In this document: in pieces, positions 30,674-41,131 of the stretch
Numbering within the stretch: the stretch's first letter is position 1
How the letters are laid out: each line of letters opens with the position of its first letter
Notes under the pieces: generated by a model
The model's input: only the letters and a program-made list of their open reading frames with translations
Databases searched by the model: none
What the model was told of the DNA's origin: nothing
Origin: Rickettsiales bacterium (ex Bugula neritina AB1)
GTDB lineage: Bacteria > Pseudomonadota > Alphaproteobacteria > CAJXXZ01 > UBA1459
Reading direction: 5' to 3'
Assembly (NCBI GenBank): GCA_001730065.1
Contig: MDLE01000001.1
Span: 1-62,031 of the forward strand
Length of the DNA: 62,031 nt
Translations under genes and position numbers: made by a program

Positions 30674-31516
30674 TTATTTAATTCCATCCATAAATGGCAT
30701 AATGAATTGAATGAACATCATCATCCATTGATCATTAGAAATATTTTTCATTATTAATTCAAGAATCATATCAAATGAATATAATTTTCCATTAATAATA
30801 ACACAAGCTTTATCTAAAGGTGTATTATTTAAATGAACACCTAAAATATTTTTTGTATTTAATAACATTTTTTTTTCATTTTTCTTTAATTCTGAAATTA
30901 AATTATTTAATTCTGTACGAATTAAACGAATTACTTTTTGCATATCATTATTCATATTTAACATATCTTCACTTTTTATGTTTCCAAAAATTTGATTATT
31001 AGAATTTTGTTCTGTATTAGACATATTGTTTCTAAACATTATAAGCATCATATTAACACTCAAAGTGAAAAATAATTCATAAGTTTTTTTTAAGTGTTCA
31101 TTGATTTTATTGTTATTAAGTAATTGAAGTGTAATAACAAAAAACATTGCTTGAATAGCTATAGAATTACTTAAAAAACGTTCTTTTTCTTGTTTCATAA
31201 GATCATCTAAATTAGAAGGTTGGTTTTTGTCACTTCCAGAACTTGCAGTAGCAGTTATAGCATTATTTAATATAGATTCAATATCAAAACCAGGTGGGAA
31301 ATTTAAACCAGATTGTTTAAAAACTTCTTTAATAATCTTTAAAAAGTTATTTTTAATTCTTTCAGAAACAAAATTATTTAATTTTGAATTTGTTATTATA
31401 TTATTATCAAATTTTAAATCAATAACACATAATTTTTGTTCTTGTGAAGAAGAAGGTATATCTTTTGTTTCTACAGCAAACAAAGTTAATAGATAAAATA
31501 AATTTTTCATTTTCAT
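30674..31516 (-). CDS. Hypothetical secreted protein
   Basis: Likely start MKMKNLFYLLTLFAVET; Met/Asn-rich; no recognisable family. Confidence 0.6.
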   Translation of the reverse strand: MKMKNLFYLLTLFAVETKDIPSSSQEQKLCVIDLKFDNNIITNSKLNNFVSERIKNNFLKIIKEVFKQSGLNFPPGFDIESILNNAITATASSGSDKNQPSNLDDLMKQEKERFLSNSIAIQAMFFVITLQLLNNNKINEHLKKTYELFFTLSVNMMLIMFRNNMSNTEQNSNNQIFGNIKSEDMLNMNNDMQKVIRLIRTELNNLISELKKNEKKMLLNTKNILGVHLNNTPLDKACVIINGKLYSFDMILELIMKNISNDQWMMMFIQFIMPFMDGIK

Positions 31517-31564
31517 ACAATATAATAATACATAATATAGAATATTTCTGCAAGTAAAATACAT

Positions 31565-31593
31565 TTGAAATTATAATAAATATTTAATATAAT
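31565..31593 (+). promoter_or_regulatory. Sigma70 promoter of lysS: TTGAAA-17 nt-TATAAT
   Basis: Canonical spacing; ATG 8 nt downstream of the -10 box, no SD. Confidence 0.7.
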
Positions 31594-31601
31594 TCAATAA
31601 A

Positions 31602-33041
31602 ATGACTTTTGAAAATAATATAAAAAATAAATTAGAAATACTAAAGAGTTATGATAATGCTTATCAAGGATCTTTTGAAATTAATTATCCTTTAGATGAA
31701 ATACTTAAATTAGAAATTGGTACTTTTGTTAAAACCGCAGGTCGAGTAATTTCAAAAAGAAAATTTGGATCTATTACTTTCATTAATATAAATAATTTTA
31801 AAGGAAAAATACAAATTTTAATTATTAATTCAAATTTTGAAAAAACCTTAGGGGAAGAAAATATTGTAAACTTAATAGATATTGGAGATTTTATTGGTGT
31901 TCAAGGTGAGTTAAGTTTAAGTAAAACAAGTGAAAAAACAATTAATTGTGAATATATTACAATTCTTACAAAATCTTTAAAACAAATACCTGAAAAATAT
32001 CATGGCTTAAAAGATGAAGAAATAAAAATTCGTGAAAGATATATTGATCTTATTAATAATGATGAATTAAAAATAATTTTTAAAAATCGTCATTTATTAA
32101 TAAATAATATACGTAATTTCTTACAAAATGATGCTTTTATTGAAGTAGAAACACCTATGTTACATACAACACCATCTGGTGCATCTGCAAAACCTTTTAA
32201 GACTTTTTATGAAGCCTTAAATAGCGACTTTTATCTTAGAGTTGCACCTGAATTATTTTTAAAACGTCTTTTAGTGGCAGGTTTCGAAAAAGTTTTCGAA
32301 ATTAATCGTAATTTTAGAAACGAAGGTATTGATACAACACATTTACAAGAATTTACAATGATTGAAATTTATATAGCATATATGGATTATGAAAATTTAC
32401 AAAAATTTACTATTAATTTTTTACAAAATATTATCAAAAACACTCTTGGAACTCTTAAAATTCCTTTGAAAGAATCTATTTTAGATTTTGAGAATATAGA
32501 AAGGTTATCTTATAATGAATTTCTTGTAAAATATGCGGGTTTTGACATAACAAAAATGTCTAATGAAGAAATAACAGATAAAGCTAAAGTCATTGGTTTA
32601 GATACTAAAATTTACAGATCCATAGATGCAATAAAGGATGCAATTTATAAAAAACTATGTGTACAAAAGGTTCATAATCCTATTCTTGTTTATGATTATC
32701 CTTCTACACCTTTATCAATGCCACATCCTAAAAAACCTGGTTACAATCAACAATTTCAAATAATTGTAAAAGGTTGTGAATTAATTAGAGCTTGTTTAGA
32801 GCTAACGGATCCTTATAAACAAGAAAAAAATTTTGATGATCAATTAAATCTTCAAAAAAATACTAAAGAAGATGAAATTGTTCGTAAAGATATAGATTTT
32901 ATAAAAGCTCTTAAATATGGTATGCCACCTGCTGCTGGAATTGGTCTAGGTTTGGATAGATTAATGATGGTTTTATTTGATACTTCAATTCGAAATGTAA
33001 TACTTTTTCCTTCTGTGATAGATACAAATATTAATGAGTAA
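31602..33041 (+). CDS. lysS: Lysyl-tRNA synthetase, class II
   Basis: OB fold with AGRVISKR, ERYIDL, VETPML, FRNEGID, YGMPPAAGIGLGLDRL. Confidence 0.97.
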   Translation: MTFENNIKNKLEILKSYDNAYQGSFEINYPLDEILKLEIGTFVKTAGRVISKRKFGSITFININNFKGKIQILIINSNFEKTLGEENIVNLIDIGDFIGVQGELSLSKTSEKTINCEYITILTKSLKQIPEKYHGLKDEEIKIRERYIDLINNDELKIIFKNRHLLINNIRNFLQNDAFIEVETPMLHTTPSGASAKPFKTFYEALNSDFYLRVAPELFLKRLLVAGFEKVFEINRNFRNEGIDTTHLQEFTMIEIYIAYMDYENLQKFTINFLQNIIKNTLGTLKIPLKESILDFENIERLSYNEFLVKYAGFDITKMSNEEITDKAKVIGLDTKIYRSIDAIKDAIYKKLCVQKVHNPILVYDYPSTPLSMPHPKKPGYNQQFQIIVKGCELIRACLELTDPYKQEKNFDDQLNLQKNTKEDEIVRKDIDFIKALKYGMPPAAGIGLGLDRLMMVLFDTSIRNVILFPSVIDTNINE

Positions 33042-33333
33042 AATATTTCCTATAAAAAAAAAAAAAGATATTTTTATGTTAAGATACATAAAAAATATTA
33101 AAGAAAATAATATTTTTATTTTAAAAAAAAACTCTTCTTTTATAAAAGAATATATTATAATAATTTCTAAAAAAATTGTCCCTAAAAGTTATCAACGTAA
33201 TAAAATTCGCAGACAAATCAAGGAAATTTTGAGAGCATCAAATTTTAAGAATAAATTATATATAATTCTTAAAAAATCTGTTATTAAAAATAGTTATCAA
33301 GAAATCAAAAATTCTTTGCAAGTTTTATTATAA
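33034..33333 (+). CDS. rnpA: RNase P protein component
   Basis: IISKKIVPKSYQRNKIRRQIKE (RNR-type motif); 99 aa, basic. Confidence 0.85.
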   Translation: MSKIFPIKKKKDIFMLRYIKNIKENNIFILKKNSSFIKEYIIIISKKIVPKSYQRNKIRRQIKEILRASNFKNKLYIILKKSVIKNSYQEIKNSLQVLL

Positions 33334-33345
33334 ATTTTATTTAAT

Positions 33346-35865
33346 TTATAAACCTTCTAAATTATTATTTATATTATTAATATCATTATTTTGTTTAAAT
33401 ATACTTATAAAAAAATCTATTATTTTTTCTTTAAAAGAATATAATAAATATCCTATAACTGTAGTTGAACCTAACAAAATAATTACATTAAAGAAATTAA
33501 AATTGTTCTGTTTATAAACAATATATTTGTTTTCAACTTCATTATTTTCAACTTCATTATTAGATGTATTGTTTTGTGTATTATTCTGCAATTTATACCA
33601 CGGAGAATATAACATAAAAACGATACGAATAAATAATCCAACAGGTAATGAATACAAGACAAACAAGAATAGTATTTCATGTATGTTAGTTGGATTATTA
33701 TTATCTGTATAAGGTGTATTGTTATTTTTTGAATTGTCTATCGATACATCTTTTGTTGTATTATAATAATAATTAATAGAATAATTAATCATAAAAAGAA
33801 AATAAATTAAAGTTATTAATATTTTCATTGTTAAAATTATGAAATTATCTTGTTTATATAACAAAAAACTTAAAAAGCATAAGACTACAAACATAATAAA
33901 AATTATTTCTGAATTACTAGTAAAAAAACTAATAAAATCAATAATAACAAAAAAACTATACAATACAAATTGTGTCATAAAAACTGTTTTCAAATTTAGG
34001 GATAAATTAATATAGTGGATAAGATTTATTACGAAAATTGAAATGGAAAATAAAAAAAACAACAATAAATCTGGGAGAAATGGGATAAAAAAAATTAACA
34101 AAGCAATTAAATATAATAAATTTATTGTGTTATTTTTGCCATTTTGTTTCTCTTTGTTTATTCTATACATAATTCCCATGAAAACTAATATAATAATACA
34201 ACAAGTAACAGAAGTAACAGAAATATATTTTTCAATCCATTGATTTTTATTTATATATTTATATGGTAAAACCTTCCAAAGATCACATATATGTATAAAA
34301 TTATTAAAATCATTAATAACATCAATAATAAAATTATGAATAACATCAATAATAAAATTCTTAATACCATTAACAAGAAAAAAGATTACAAAGGTTCTTA
34401 TTATTATAAACATTATTATAAACGCTATTAATTCTTTATTTATTAAGTTGTTATCAAAAAAAACCATAAAATGTTGTTTTATGGGTTGTATATTATTCAA
34501 AATATTATTATCATAAAGAATTTTAAGTGTGTTTATTGTCCACATTATTTCTTCCCAAATATCATTAGGAGGATTAGGATTAGCAGGAGGATTAGGATTA
34601 GCAGGAGGATTAGGAATTTCATAAATATCTTCACTATAATTATAATATACTATTTCAACATTATCATTTTTATCGAGTTTTTCTATTTCTAATTCTAAAT
34701 TTATATTTTCTTTTACAAATAAAACTTCATCTGAATTAACATCAATTGTTTGTGAATTGTCTAAAAGTGTGTTGTTTTTATATAATTCATGTTTTTTTTT
34801 ATTGTGATATTTTTTATCTATATTTATTTTTACGGAATTAGAAAATAAATACTTACCTTTAGAAATTTTTAATTTAATCTTGTCATTGTTGATATCTTTT
34901 TTTTTAGTTTGTACGAAAAACAACTTAAGAGAGTTGATACTGAAAAAGACAATTAATACAATTAAAATTATCTGATATTGGTCTTCGAAAAATACAAGAA
35001 TGCTGGAAAAATCATTTTTATATATGTTATATATATGCATTTTAGAATTTGAATTTTCAATGTCTAGATAAAGATAATCACCGTATAGGTAAAAATAAGA
35101 TAACACAACAAATGTTAATAAAAATGCAATACAAATGAAATTCATAACAGAAAAGCGAAAAAATGCTACAAGTTCCAGTACCGAGAGAGTAAGTATAATT
35201 ATAATTAAAATAAATTTATGTTCCAAAATAATTTTATCTTCTAAAATAATTGGTTTTAAGATAAAAATATTGATAATTAAAATAATTATTTTAATTATTT
35301 TTTCAATCGAAATAAAAGAAGAAATTACAAAACATCTTCTCCTGAGTATTTCATATCCTATATAACAGAAGAAACCAAAAAAAACAACAAGCAATATCCA
35401 AAATAACACAAAAGGCACAGGTTTTAATTTATCATGCATAATATAACCAAAATAAATTCCTGAAAAGATGAACAAAATTTCAGGAAGAAATAAAAAAAAC
35501 ATCTTTATACTAAAATAACAAGTATTCACAATACAGTAATAATTAAAATTTAAACAATATTCCCACAATAATAATAATAATATCGATAAGAAAAATACAC
35601 TAGCAAAACCAGTAAAATAATATTTTTGTATAGGAGAATTATCATTATATAAATCATAAATACAAATAAAAGTTGTGATATATGTGATATATGAACAAAT
35701 AACAACAATTATAAAAAACCACCATTTATCATGTTCATTTTTTATAATTGTTGTTTGTTTTGTTTTATTTTTTAATGAATGTGTAGGTACCTGTGCTGCA
35801 TTTATGTAATTAACACAATTAAAAAGACATATAAAAAAAAATAAATTTTTGCTAATATATTTCAT
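33346..35865 (-). CDS. Hypothetical polytopic membrane protein with signal peptide and internal repeats
   Basis: 839 aa; many hydrophobic segments in two blocks around a soluble linker with PPANPN repeats. Confidence 0.65.
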   Translation of the reverse strand: MKYISKNLFFFICLFNCVNYINAAQVPTHSLKNKTKQTTIIKNEHDKWWFFIIVVICSYITYITTFICIYDLYNDNSPIQKYYFTGFASVFFLSILLLLLWEYCLNFNYYCIVNTCYFSIKMFFLFLPEILFIFSGIYFGYIMHDKLKPVPFVLFWILLVVFFGFFCYIGYEILRRRCFVISSFISIEKIIKIIILIINIFILKPIILEDKIILEHKFILIIIILTLSVLELVAFFRFSVMNFICIAFLLTFVVLSYFYLYGDYLYLDIENSNSKMHIYNIYKNDFSSILVFFEDQYQIILIVLIVFFSINSLKLFFVQTKKKDINNDKIKLKISKGKYLFSNSVKINIDKKYHNKKKHELYKNNTLLDNSQTIDVNSDEVLFVKENINLELEIEKLDKNDNVEIVYYNYSEDIYEIPNPPANPNPPANPNPPNDIWEEIMWTINTLKILYDNNILNNIQPIKQHFMVFFDNNLINKELIAFIIMFIIIRTFVIFFLVNGIKNFIIDVIHNFIIDVINDFNNFIHICDLWKVLPYKYINKNQWIEKYISVTSVTCCIIILVFMGIMYRINKEKQNGKNNTINLLYLIALLIFFIPFLPDLLLFFLFSISIFVINLIHYINLSLNLKTVFMTQFVLYSFFVIIDFISFFTSNSEIIFIMFVVLCFLSFLLYKQDNFIILTMKILITLIYFLFMINYSINYYYNTTKDVSIDNSKNNNTPYTDNNNPTNIHEILFLFVLYSLPVGLFIRIVFMLYSPWYKLQNNTQNNTSNNEVENNEVENKYIVYKQNNFNFFNVIILLGSTTVIGYLLYSFKEKIIDFFISIFKQNNDINNINNNLEGL
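34567..34615. repeat. In-frame 18-bp tandem repeat (about 2.7 copies) encoding PNPPAN
   Basis: AGGAGGATTAGGATTAGC unit. Confidence 0.85.
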
Positions 35866-36023
35866 GTCTTTATTCTTTCCTCAATTTCATATTGAGATTC
35901 TTTTTATAATTATAAAAAAAAACCAATACAATTACAATAATATGCATATACAAAAATAATTATATATTATTTTCTACATATAAACAAATACATAACATAT
36001 TCTTTTAATTAATAAATGAAAAA

Positions 36024-36097
36024 TACCTCTAAAGAGACTTGAACTCTTAAAGGGCAGATTTTGAGTCTGCTGTGTCTACCGATTCCACCATAGAGGC
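36024..36097 (-). tRNA. tRNA-Leu(CAA) with short (5-nt) variable loop
   Basis: GCCTCTA/TAGAGGT acceptor, Leu-type D-arm GTG-GAATCGGTAGA-CAC, GCAGA-CTCAAAA-TCTGC anticodon arm, CCTTT, AAGAG-TTCAAGT-CTCTT, A73. Confidence 0.9.
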
Positions 36098-36220
36098 TTG
36101 TAATTTATATTTTTTAAATATACCATATTATTTTAAATAAAAAAATTTTAAATAAAAAAAATTTATAAATTTTCATATACTTATATAAAAAATAGTTTAT
36201 AATGATTTTATGGAGGTGTT

Positions 36221-38413
36221 ATGCGTATAAAAAATTTTTTAAGAATTATACAAATAATATCAATTATTATTAGTGTTATGTTATCATTTTTTAGTTGTTA
36301 TTATTCATTAGTATATCTTAAATGTTTTCCAGTAGGTATTATTTTTTTTTTATTTGTTGCTATTTTATTTTTCTTTCTATCAATAGTTATAAAAAATTTA
36401 GTAGAAATAATTACTTTTAGAGAAAATAATAATCAAGAATTAGAGGCAGAAAGAATTAGTAATATTATTCAAGAAGGTGCCTTTTCTTATTTAAAAAATC
36501 AATATAAAATTGTTTTAATCATATCATCTGGAATAGCAATTATATTATATAAGTTTTCTTTAAGTCTATGTATAGGTTTTTTATTATCTATTTTTTTTAT
36601 GATAATAAGTAGTTTATATAGTACTTTTATTTCTACTACTACTAATGTTGTATTGACAGTTGCTGCGAAAACTTCCTCTTCATTGGCTTTTGATAAAGGC
36701 TTTAAAGGAGCATCTAGTGGTAGTAATTTCACAGTTATTATGATTTTGTCAGAAATAATAATTATTATTTTTTTATCATCTATTAAGATATATGTTGGTC
36801 TTTTTTCATTGTTCGATTTAATTATTGGTGCTGTACTTGGTGCTTCTACTATGTGTATATTTAATCGTCTTGGTGGTGGTGTATTTACAAAAGCTGCAGA
36901 CGTAGCAGGTGATATAGTAGGTAAAATAGAAAAATCTTTACCGGAAGATAGTCCTAAAAACCCAGCAGTAATAGCCGACAATGTAGGTGATAACGTAGGT
37001 GACTGTATAGGTGCAAATTCAGATATCTTTGAAAGTTATTTAAGTACATTTTTAGTAGGAATGTTTTTACATATATCTAGTGGCAATGAATTTATAATAG
37101 TATTCAGTGTATATATAATAATATCTATTTCTGGATTAATAAGTTCTTTGATTAGTGATTTTATTTTAGGTTTTACAAAAGATATATGGCAAAAAATAAA
37201 ACTATATTTTTTTAGTAGTATTATCATAAATTTTATTATTTCTTCAGTGCTTATATTTTTTTTACGTAGTAGTGTTGGTGTAAATATAAGTTTTTGTATG
37301 TACAGAAGAATTGTTCTTTGTATATTCATTGGAATGATGGGTATTTTAAGTATTATAAAAATAATAGAATATTTTACATCCGATGAAAATGCACCTATTA
37401 AGGAATTAGCAAATGCTTCACAATTTGGTGATGGTAATAATATTATATATGGTTTTGCATTAGGTTTTTTTAGTACAAGTAGTATTTTATCGGTAATTAT
37501 TGTAATGTTTTTATTAGCAGATCTTTTATTAGGAGTCAATGGTATTGCATTTATGACAATTTCTATTATTTCTCTTTCATCCACAATAATTAAACTAGAT
37601 TTATTAGGGCCTACTATTGATAATGGAGGTGGTATTGCAGAAATGAGTAATATGCATGAGTCTGTTAGAAAAAATACAGATTTTTTAGATGTTATTGGTA
37701 ATACAACAAAAGCTGTTACAAAAGGATTTTCTTCTAGTGTAGCTACTTTAACTAGTATATTATTATTAATGTTGTATAATAATTTAAAATTAAACAATAA
37801 TATACCTTTCAATAATACATGTTTATCATCACCTATGATTTTTCTAGGATTATTATTAGGATCAGTGATTGTATTGATTTTTTCTGGTTTGGGAATGAAA
37901 TCTGTAGGAGATGCTGCACAAAAAGTAGTAGAAAAAATTCGTTTACAATTTCATAATAATCCAAAAATTTTAGAGGGAGAAGAATTACCAGATTACAATG
38001 AAACAATTACTTATTTAACAAATGTATCTTGTAAAAAAATGTATACACAAATTATATACCCAATACTTATATTGATAATGAGTGTATTAATTAATATAAC
38101 TATAAATAGATTTATTATAAAGATAATTTCCACAAAAGATTTTCTTGCAGCAATAAGTATTGGTGTCACTATAGTGAGTACTTGTTATGGTTTATTTATG
38201 ACTATTACAGGTGCTGCTTGGGATAATTGTAAAAAATATATTGAAAAAGGTCATTACGGAGGAAAAAAATCTTCTACTCATAAGGCGGCTATAACTGGAG
38301 ATACGGTAGGTGATCCCTTTAAAGATACGGTAGGACCATCTTTAGGAAGTTTAGGTAAGTTTATTAACATCTTTGCAATTATTTTAATAATTCTTTTTAG
38401 AAATATTTTGTAA
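36221..38413 (+). CDS. hppA: Membrane-bound H+-translocating pyrophosphatase (K+-independent type)
   Basis: GGGVFTKAADV, DNVGDNVGD, DNGGGIAEM, GNTTKA, AWDNCKKYIE, GDTVGDPFKDTVGP; SD GGAGGT. Confidence 0.95.
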   Translation: MRIKNFLRIIQIISIIISVMLSFFSCYYSLVYLKCFPVGIIFFLFVAILFFFLSIVIKNLVEIITFRENNNQELEAERISNIIQEGAFSYLKNQYKIVLIISSGIAIILYKFSLSLCIGFLLSIFFMIISSLYSTFISTTTNVVLTVAAKTSSSLAFDKGFKGASSGSNFTVIMILSEIIIIIFLSSIKIYVGLFSLFDLIIGAVLGASTMCIFNRLGGGVFTKAADVAGDIVGKIEKSLPEDSPKNPAVIADNVGDNVGDCIGANSDIFESYLSTFLVGMFLHISSGNEFIIVFSVYIIISISGLISSLISDFILGFTKDIWQKIKLYFFSSIIINFIISSVLIFFLRSSVGVNISFCMYRRIVLCIFIGMMGILSIIKIIEYFTSDENAPIKELANASQFGDGNNIIYGFALGFFSTSSILSVIIVMFLLADLLLGVNGIAFMTISIISLSSTIIKLDLLGPTIDNGGGIAEMSNMHESVRKNTDFLDVIGNTTKAVTKGFSSSVATLTSILLLMLYNNLKLNNNIPFNNTCLSSPMIFLGLLLGSVIVLIFSGLGMKSVGDAAQKVVEKIRLQFHNNPKILEGEELPDYNETITYLTNVSCKKMYTQIIYPILILIMSVLINITINRFIIKIISTKDFLAAISIGVTIVSTCYGLFMTITGAAWDNCKKYIEKGHYGGKKSSTHKAAITGDTVGDPFKDTVGPSLGSLGKFINIFAIILIILFRNIL

Positions 38414-38466
38414 TATATATATCTATAATTACATATTTTTAATAAATATTTTTTTATAATTTTTTC

Positions 38467-39180
38467 ATGGATAACAAAATAAATAAAAATATTAATCCTT
38501 ATTTTTTATTAAAATATTCTTCAAATGTACATATAATAGAAGATTGTAATTTTTTTTCTACATCTATAGTAGTCAAAAATAATAATATTTATCTTGGTAG
38601 GTATGGATTTACGGGTGTAGGTGGTAGTTTACCTTTAAAATTTTCTGAACATATTAATAGTATTAATTCTTCAAAAAAATTTCTTCAATTTCTAAGTTTT
38701 TTATCTAGTTATATACTTCAATTAAGATTTAAATACATATCAAAACTTCTACCCAGTAATAATGGATTAATAGGAATGTTTGTGGATAAGTTAATTGGAT
38801 TAAATATTAGTAAAAAAGGAAAAAGACATTTATGTATAAGTAAAAATATAAACAATTTTAATTTAAGATATATTCTAAAAAAACAATATAAAATATCTAT
38901 AGAAATAAAAAAATTTTCTCTTATATTTATTCCTCAAAGTACAATAAAATTAACAAATAAAACCCCTTGGTATAGATATTTAGGAAAAAGAATACCTATT
39001 ATTGCTAATAAAATTATTATTCAATGTAATTCTTATAATCATTTACGAGAAATTTATAGACAACAAAAGGAAATAAAAAAAATAATTCATCAATTTTATA
39101 ATTTTTATCAACTTGTATTTAAAACTAGTGAGAAAAAAATATCTAATCAGTATATTATTTCTTCAAAAATTATTCATTAA
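38467..39180 (+). CDS. tssG: Type VI secretion baseplate TssG-like protein (diverged)
   Basis: YGFTGVGGSLPLKFSEHI...FLQFLSFL resembles the TssG motif GL.G..gpLP...tE...F..Fld.f. Confidence 0.55.
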   Translation: MDNKINKNINPYFLLKYSSNVHIIEDCNFFSTSIVVKNNNIYLGRYGFTGVGGSLPLKFSEHINSINSSKKFLQFLSFLSSYILQLRFKYISKLLPSNNGLIGMFVDKLIGLNISKKGKRHLCISKNINNFNLRYILKKQYKISIEIKKFSLIFIPQSTIKLTNKTPWYRYLGKRIPIIANKIIIQCNSYNHLREIYRQQKEIKKIIHQFYNFYQLVFKTSEKKISNQYIISSKIIH

Positions 39181-39222
39181 AGTATATATGAATAAACATA
39201 TTTTATAATATACTTTCTATAT

Positions 39223-41088
39223 ATGAATGATAATTTTATAAAAATTTTAAAATATATTTTATTTCTTTTTTGTTTTATGTCAATATTAAGTTTTTTTTAT
39301 TATTTAAATCATAAAATGGTTAAAAATGAATATCAGGAAGAAATACTATCTAAGTTCTATGACTATTCAAAACAATATAAACTTAACAATGTAAATATAT
39401 ACAACAATGGTCGTGTAGAATTTGAAAAAGTTAGTGGACAAAAAAGTTTTACAACTATACCTGATTCTTTAGAAGGTAATATTATTGATATGTTATTAAA
39501 AAAGAGTATTAATGTACGTTATATTAGAGGTAATCAAAAATCAGGTTTATTTCAAATGATAAATAATTTTGTAAAAGAATTTTTATTTATTATTTTAATA
39601 ATGTTAATTTTTTCTTATTATGGTAGAAATAGCGGTATTGGAAATATTATGAAGTATAATACCAATAAAGCTACTAGTTTAAGTGTTAAAACACGTTTTA
39701 GTGACGTTGCAGGTATTGATAATTTTAGAAGAGAATTAGAGGAGATTGTAGATTTTTTAAAAAATGGTAGTAAATATACAAGTGTAGGTTGTAATATTCC
39801 TAAAGGTGTACTTTTATGTGGATCTCCTGGTGTAGGAAAAACTTTATTAGCAAAAGCTGTAGCGGGAGAAGCACAGGCGTCATTTTTTTTTGCATCTGGA
39901 TCAGAATTTGTAGAAATGTTTGTAGGATTAGGAGCCTCTCGTGTAAGAGATTTATTTACAAAAGCACGTAATTCCAAACCTTCAATTATTTTTATTGATG
40001 AAATTGATGCAATAGGTAGAAAAAGAAAAAATACTATGCATAGTAATCAAGAACAAGAAAGCACCTTAAATGAATTATTAAATCAAATGGATGGATTTGG
40101 CGATTCTACAGGTATTATTGTAATTGGTGCTACAAATTTACCTAGTGTTTTAGATGATGCTTTATTACGTCCAGGACGTTTTGATCGTATTATTCAAATT
40201 CCTAAACCTGATATAAAAGGAAGATCTGCTATCTTATCTTTAGTTCTTAAACGTATAAAAGTACCTTATAATATTGATATTCATAAAATTGCTTCTATGA
40301 CTTTTGGTTTTTCAGGAGCAGACATTACAAATTTAATTAATGAAGCATTATTTATTTTAGTAAGGGAAAAAAAACATTTTTTAACAAATCAAGAAATAGA
40401 AAAAGCCTTTGAAAAAATTGCTTTTGGTATTAGTTCTCATAAAAAATATGATAAATTAGATAAATTAAGAATTGCAAGACATGAAGTTTGTCATGCTTTT
40501 ATGACTTATTATTATCGTAGTATACTTGATGAGGAATTTTATAAAGTTACAATTCTTAGTTATGGGGATGCTCTTGGTTTTTCTTCTCATTTTGCAAATA
40601 AAGAAAGAGTTTCTCTCACAAAAGAACAAATATATGCAACTATTGATATGTTATTAGCAGGTAGATGTGGAGAAGAATTATTTTTTGGAGAAAAAAAAAT
40701 CACAACAGGTGCTTCTAATGACTTTGAAAAAGCTACCCGTTATGCACTAGCTATGATATATAAATATGGTATGACAGAAACAAATGATAAATTTGTATTA
40801 TTAGAGGAAAATTTTAAAGATTTATATTCGGATAAAATGAAAAATGATTCTTATATAACCGCAAAAGAGATTTTAAACGAATCCTATAAACGTGTTATGA
40901 AAATAATAAAAAAAAATATTAAAATTATTAATAAAATTACTTATTTTCTATTACAAAAAGAAACACTTTATAAACATGATATAGAAGCTATTATAAATGG
41001 ATCCTTTAATATAGGTTATGGAAGTTGTATTTCTATAAAAGTTAAGGATTTATCACCATTTGATACAACCGTTTTAAATATAAGATAA
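39223..41088 (+). CDS. ftsH: ATP-dependent zinc metalloprotease FtsH
   Basis: Two TMs, GSPGVGKT, FVEMFVG, IDEIDA, ALLRPGRFDR, HEVCH, TTGASND. Confidence 0.96.
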   Translation: MNDNFIKILKYILFLFCFMSILSFFYYLNHKMVKNEYQEEILSKFYDYSKQYKLNNVNIYNNGRVEFEKVSGQKSFTTIPDSLEGNIIDMLLKKSINVRYIRGNQKSGLFQMINNFVKEFLFIILIMLIFSYYGRNSGIGNIMKYNTNKATSLSVKTRFSDVAGIDNFRRELEEIVDFLKNGSKYTSVGCNIPKGVLLCGSPGVGKTLLAKAVAGEAQASFFFASGSEFVEMFVGLGASRVRDLFTKARNSKPSIIFIDEIDAIGRKRKNTMHSNQEQESTLNELLNQMDGFGDSTGIIVIGATNLPSVLDDALLRPGRFDRIIQIPKPDIKGRSAILSLVLKRIKVPYNIDIHKIASMTFGFSGADITNLINEALFILVREKKHFLTNQEIEKAFEKIAFGISSHKKYDKLDKLRIARHEVCHAFMTYYYRSILDEEFYKVTILSYGDALGFSSHFANKERVSLTKEQIYATIDMLLAGRCGEELFFGEKKITTGASNDFEKATRYALAMIYKYGMTETNDKFVLLEENFKDLYSDKMKNDSYITAKEILNESYKRVMKIIKKNIKIINKITYFLLQKETLYKHDIEAIINGSFNIGYGSCISIKVKDLSPFDTTVLNIR

Positions 41089-41131
41089 AATTTTTATTTT
41101 TTTTATATATATTGTATTATAAAATTATTAT

